Below are positions 17,756-19,487 of a stretch of 19,487 nt of DNA, piece after piece. The DNA comes from an uncultured Chroococcidiopsis sp. (GTDB lineage: Bacteria > Cyanobacteriota > Cyanobacteriia > Cyanobacteriales > Chroococcidiopsidaceae): the NCBI GenBank assembly GCA_964248365.1, contig CAXTYC010000057.1, positions 1 to 19,487 of the forward strand, in the 5' to 3' direction. The position numbers and the translations under genes were made by a program. The notes beneath the pieces are model-generated. The model was not told the DNA's origin. It saw only the letters and a list, made by a program, of their open reading frames with translations, and ran no database searches. Position 1 is the stretch's first letter. Each line of letters starts with the position of its first letter.

Positions 17756-19487
17756 CTAAACGTATTTGAAGTAGCTAGCATTAAGGTTCAGACCCTCAAC
17801 CCCCTGCCCTTGCACAATTCCAATTAGATCGTTCGCTGTGCCTGTGTTAGTTAAACCAGTGGTAATTGCGTTTACCAAGTTCGAGCTATTGGATGCCAGC
17901 TCAACAACAGTGCCAACCCCAAGTTGAGCAACTAAAGCTTGATAGGTACCGATCTGATCTGCTGTTACTGCAAAGATTGGTACAATATTGGCGCTGCGTA
18001 GTGCATCACGGACTTGATTAATCGTAGGATAGTCTTCCCCCGTTCCTGGTGGATTGCCGTTGAGAATGGCATCTCCATTGTTGGGAGCCACAATGATGGG
18101 AAAACCCAAAATATTAGCTGCACTCCCATCGCCAGCAACGTGAAATGGTGCATCTGTAGACAAGACGACTACGTGAGCAGCGTTGTCCCGAAAGCCTATT
18201 TCTCTAGCACGTAGGGCAGCTTGCATCAGCGCTTCAATTTGAGATTCGGGACCGTCGCCTCCCGAAAGAGTAGACAGACCATTTAGTGTTAATTGCAAAT
18301 TATTTGTGTTCGCAGTCAGCCGCAGGTCAGTGCGGTAGACATAATCTCCGATTGAGCCGAATGGACTTATCGGTTTGTCCACGAATGAACCTACTCCGAA
18401 TTGGATATCAGGCGTATTAGCTTGTAGCTTAGCAGTCAAATCCGGTACTAGGGATCGCACAGTTGTGAGATCGTCGCTAAAAGAGCTTGAGAGATCCTCC
18501 AATAGAAACACATCTAGGGGCTTGGAGCGATAGATTGCCGTTCCCGTTAGTGATCCAATAGGGGATGGAGCTAGCCTATAGTCACTTGGGGTACCTTTAA
18601 GCTGAATAGAATCTACTTCATCAACAAGGTTGGTCAGTACGTTGCTGCCAGAATTAAAGTCTTTTATCACAGCATAGCCATTATTGCCATCACCGTTGTA
18701 GTAGAAGTTCGCTGCACTGCCAAGCACAAATGTATCCGAACCCAAATCACCAGTAAGAGTATCAATCTCTCTTAATCCATAGGTAGGAGTTGGGCTACCA
18801 TCTCGCACTCCGTCAAGGATATCTCTCCCATTATTTCCCTTCAGGATATCATTTCCTTTTCCACCGTAAATTTCTTCGTTGCCAGTGCCGCCATTAATGA
18901 AGTCGTTGCCATCATCACCAAAGTAATAGTTGTTGTTCAAGAGTTGCACAATATTGTCGTCCCCAGTGGTTCCGTAGAAGTAACCGCCGCCACCAGAATT
19001 AGCTTGAGCAACAAAGTATTTTATGTTAATGGTAATGGGCTGTGTGTTATTGGCAGGTGGGTCAGCTACAATTGTTCCTTCGTGCCGGAACGCAAGAGCA
19101 TTAGGATCAGTTGTTGTGTTATAGCTGTCCTGTTTGAATTCACGGTGCGCTTGGTAGTCGTCAAGACTAAAGAGATAGGGCGAACCTCCAGAAGTGAGAG
19201 GATTTCTGGCTAATCTCAATGGAGGTAGCCCATTAATAGGTTTAGGATCAATCAACCGCTGAAATAGATCCACAACCCATCCATGCTCACCACTAAAACG
19301 ACCAGCAACGGTAAAACCGAAATCCAATACAATAGACTCGTTTGCCGTGCCAGAAATCACAGGGTTGCCAGCTAAACTGGTATTGCCTATGAAAGATCTG
19401 GAGAAATTAGCTACTGCATTAAAAGGTCTAGGTCGAATGGCACGAAGAAAAGCTCTGAGGTATACAGGATAAGGACTACAGTTTTTA
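17756..19487 (-). CDS. RTX (hemolysin-type Ca-binding) protein with an integrin-beta-like VWA (beta-I) domain; 5' end outside the window
   Basis: The frame stays open upstream of GTG 19360 to the window edge (...KNCSPYPVYLRAFLRAIRPRPFNAVANFSRSFIGNTSLAGNPVISG). GGxGxD nonapeptides lie at ~18716-18985. The VWA domain at 17852-18520 contains DLSSSFSDD, FGVGSFVDKP, DGPE, STDAPFHVAGDG, DYPT, NIVPIFAVT and LASNSSN. Confidence 0.88.
   Translation of the reverse strand, partial: KNCSPYPVYLRAFLRAIRPRPFNAVANFSRSFIGNTSLAGNPVISGTANESIVLDFGFTVAGRFSGEHGWVVDLFQRLIDPKPINGLPPLRLARNPLTSGGSPYLFSLDDYQAHREFKQDSYNTTTDPNALAFRHEGTIVADPPANNTQPITINIKYFVAQANSGGGGYFYGTTGDDNIVQLLNNNYYFGDDGNDFINGGTGNEEIYGGKGNDILKGNNGRDILDGVRDGSPTPTYGLREIDTLTGDLGSDTFVLGSAANFYYNGDGNNGYAVIKDFNSGSNVLTNLVDEVDSIQLKGTPSDYRLAPSPIGSLTGTAIYRSKPLDVFLLEDLSSSFSDDLTTVRSLVPDLTAKLQANTPDIQFGVGSFVDKPISPFGSIGDYVYRTDLRLTANTNNLQLTLNGLSTLSGGDGPESQIEALMQAALRAREIGFRDNAAHVVVLSTDAPFHVAGDGSAANILGFPIIVAPNNGDAILNGNPPGTGEDYPTINQVRDALRSANIVPIFAVTADQIGTYQALVAQLGVGTVVELASNSSNLVNAITTGLTNTGTANDLIGIVQGQGVEGLNLNASYFKYV

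Noticed and set aside
13479..19213. Short nested ORFs within the UPF0182, repeat, FG-GAP and RTX genes
   Set aside because: They lie almost entirely within well-supported genes and contain no motifs.

Overview
Cyanobacterial DNA, judged from 14 HIP1 GCGATCGC sites, heptamer STRR tandem repeats and GTAG-type REP-like palindromes. The left end holds an internally deleted IS630-family remnant (73-465) with a second small palindromic element at the deletion point. On the minus strand, 513-11128 is a type IV pili-type chemosensory operon: PatA-family regulator, CheY, CheW, a Cache-HAMP-GAF MCP, a Cache-HAMP MCP and a hybrid CheA. Both MCPs have non-canonical signalling tips. A divergent UPF0182 membrane-protein gene follows (11462-14503). 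The HIP1-free right end encodes three likely surface or secreted proteins: a six-repeat protein with a PPC-like C-terminal domain, a 7-bladed FG-GAP propeller, and an RTX protein that runs off the window edge. The most striking observation is that this RTX protein carries an integrin-beta-type I-like (VWA) domain inserted into its C-terminal module, and it lies tail-to-tail with the integrin-alpha-like propeller gene. All assignments come from reading motifs by eye; no database searches were run.
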